A stretch of DNA of 64,000 nt from the NCBI GenBank assembly GCA_965644295.1, contig CBFFRP010000348.1, positions 198,477-262,476 of the forward strand, read 5' to 3'. A model generated the notes under the pieces. It was not told the DNA's origin and did no database searches. It worked only from the letters and a program-made list of their open reading frames with translations. The position numbers and the translations under genes are program-made. Position 1 is the first letter of the stretch. Each line of letters starts with the position of its first letter. This document shows, one piece after another, positions 61,949 to 64,000 of the stretch. This DNA is from Paraphysomonas bandaiensis. Lineage: Eukaryota; Protista; Chrysophyceae.

Positions 61949-64000
61949 CTACTCGTTCCCAACGATCAGACATATCAAATGACGAAACAATTTTCCTTGT
62001 AGGGGTTTAGTCAGCACATCAGCCAACATCTCTCCTGTAGGTAAGTACTGAAGCTTCACGTCTCCCCTATCATGGTGTTCTTCGACTAAAGCCTGCCTTA
62101 CTCGTAGATATTTCGATCGGTATTTGCCTCCTCCTTTCGTTACGAGACTGAGATTCGACAAGTTGTCCTGATAAATAACAGGTGGGTCAAGCGCATAGCC
62201 CTGCCCACACACAAACTCATGTAATCTCATTGCATTAGACATCATATCAGATAGGCCGACCAGCTCGGATTCGGTCGAGTCTTTCGTCACGATTCGTTGC
62301 TTAGTTGATCGGCATAGTACTGTGGCCCCTCCAAGCTGTACAACTACGCCTGTATGCCCTTTTCCGTCTTCGTGGGTGGCGAACGAAGCGTCGATGAAGC
62401 TTCTTACCCGCAGCTGCTCTCCAATCTTCAGCTGCAGATCTTGATCCCTTGTGTGCGCAAGGTATTTCAGCACTCGATTCAACTTCTGCTGATCTCCGAT
62501 TGTCGGACCCTTCACTCTTGTTGTGAGGTACGCTATACTGAGCAGGATGTCTGGTCTAACTCTTATTGACAGATATAGCAATTTGGCCACCACTGAATGG
62601 AAATTGGCAGCCTCCTTCCTCCCCAATTTCTGTCCTGCGCCCTCTGCGAACAGTGATGATGTCGCTGGAGATGCTGCTCTGCCAGTGACCGCTGCCTCCT
62701 CCAGCACTCCGTCTAGGTAAGCCCTCATTGACACCACTGCCCTGTCATCTATCATGCTCACATGCATACCTAAATACGACATGTCTTTGTCATCACAGTA
62801 TTTTACCTCACCATATTGTTTCTTTAGTTGTTCCACCAACCACTCGGTGTCACGCTTGTCTTGTGATAGCACTAGCAGATCGTCCACGTGTAGTGTTATA
62901 GTGCACTGCTTGCCGTTGACAGTCCTATTGAGAACACACTGATCCACCGGGTTAGCCACGAAACCAATGCTTTCTAGGTAAGCTCTTATCGTGTTGTACC
63001 AGAGCTTGGCGCTCTGCACGCATCCATATAACGCTTTGTCTAGGCGCACCAATATTTTGCCTCTTTCATCAACATACGGCTGGATTGTGGGGTCTAGTTT
63101 TCTGAGTATTGTGGCCAACATCGGCTCCAATTCCATTATTACCTCTTCGCCTGACATCTCCGCATTGAGGTATGCACCACCTATATCAATTGTCGATACA
63201 TGTCTCCCCTCTCTCGCTGCTATTGCTAGGCATGCAAATACTGACTGTATGTCCACAGTGGGTGACGACGTGTCTGGGTACAGTTTCCGGTCCTGCTGCG
63301 CCCCGTTCGCAACCAGCCTCGCCTTGATTTTCTCGAACCTTCCGAGTCCGTCGTATTTCGTCTTCAAGAACATCAGCGATCGAATTGTTCGTTTGAGTTG
63401 AGTCTTTGACAGGTCACTCCGGTGTACTGGAACTATCGCCTTTTTTTCATGCAGCAGCTGCTTCAGCTCCCGTACTATCGCCAGGTAGGCTTCTTTGCCG
63501 TGTTCCTTTAAACCTTTGGTTACGCTTGTGTGATAGGCTCGATACATTACGGGCTTTCTTCTTGTGCCTGCCGCTATCCTTGCTCCGGCTGATGGTGATG
63601 ATAGTACTTCGCTTGTATTGTGTGTCATCCCTGCAGTTTCCACCCCTGTAATTTCCGGATTGTCGATGTCGTTGGGTGTTGCAGCGCCCGGTTCCTGTTC
63701 GCTCGGCCCATCAGCCCTGTCGCCATCATCGTCGACTAGTTCCGTGATTTTTGTTCTCTCTCTCTTCTGTGTGGGCGTGCACTTCGTCTGTGTCAACTGC
63801 TGTCATCTGCCCCTCCTCGTGAGGCTCCTTCGGCTTATCGATCTTGTCATTCTCAGCTGGTGGCGTGGTATCCTCGATCTCTCGACTCTCATTCTCACTG
63901 GTCGTGACAGGTGAGTGTGACTTGTTGTGCAATGACGATATTCTATGTCCACGGCGTCGATTACTATTTGCGTGGTCACCATCTTCACCCAGTTGGTCCT
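61949..64000 (-). mobile_element. Ty1/copia LTR retrotransposon pol (RT + RNase H), runs off the window; ORF interrupted upstream
   Basis: KIKARLVANG, DIGGAYLNA, LDKALYGCVQSAKLWY, LHVDDLL, YLGM; RNase H FIDASFA, STESELVG, YQDN, LADVLTKPL. In-frame TGA at 63803-63805. Confidence 0.95.

Noticed and set aside
62880-62891. HVDD instead of YVDD in the copia RT
   Set aside because: A known variant in copia-type RTs; the catalytic aspartates are intact.

Overview
Eukaryotic nuclear DNA from a compact genome with many short (about 42-60 nt) GT-AG introns; the gene content and style suggest a stramenopile-like protist (inference only). About 20 protein-coding genes were reconstructed by manual splicing: CPSF1, RAD54B-like, TMEM242-like, ITFG2, an IQ/WW/B-box protein, TCF25, a PaaI thioesterase, PSMA7, a DHHC palmitoyltransferase, a PDZ-PX-VPS9 protein, SEC12, a PARP-like/EF-hand/TLDc protein, CCT4, RPL14, RPL5, NUFIP1, CHAF1A and unknowns. 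Over the first 40 kb the genes alternate strand. Short divergent spacers carry a TACAGCAG motif and (CATA)n tracts, and longer AT-rich convergent spacers carry transposon relics. Mobile DNA includes a MULE-type element with a 10-bp TSD, a hAT derivative with an 8-bp TSD, older hAT relics, a decayed RNase H-bearing non-LTR retrotransposon and a Ty1/copia element. The most interesting signal is a roughly 450-nt, hairpin-rich, non-coding dispersed repeat (4 copies plus a tail fragment). It shares its 3' tail, including a GNRA-capped stem-loop, with the non-LTR retrotransposon and has no recognisable tRNA/5S/7SL head, making it a candidate new SINE-LINE partnership. All calls are from motif recognition by eye; no searches were run.
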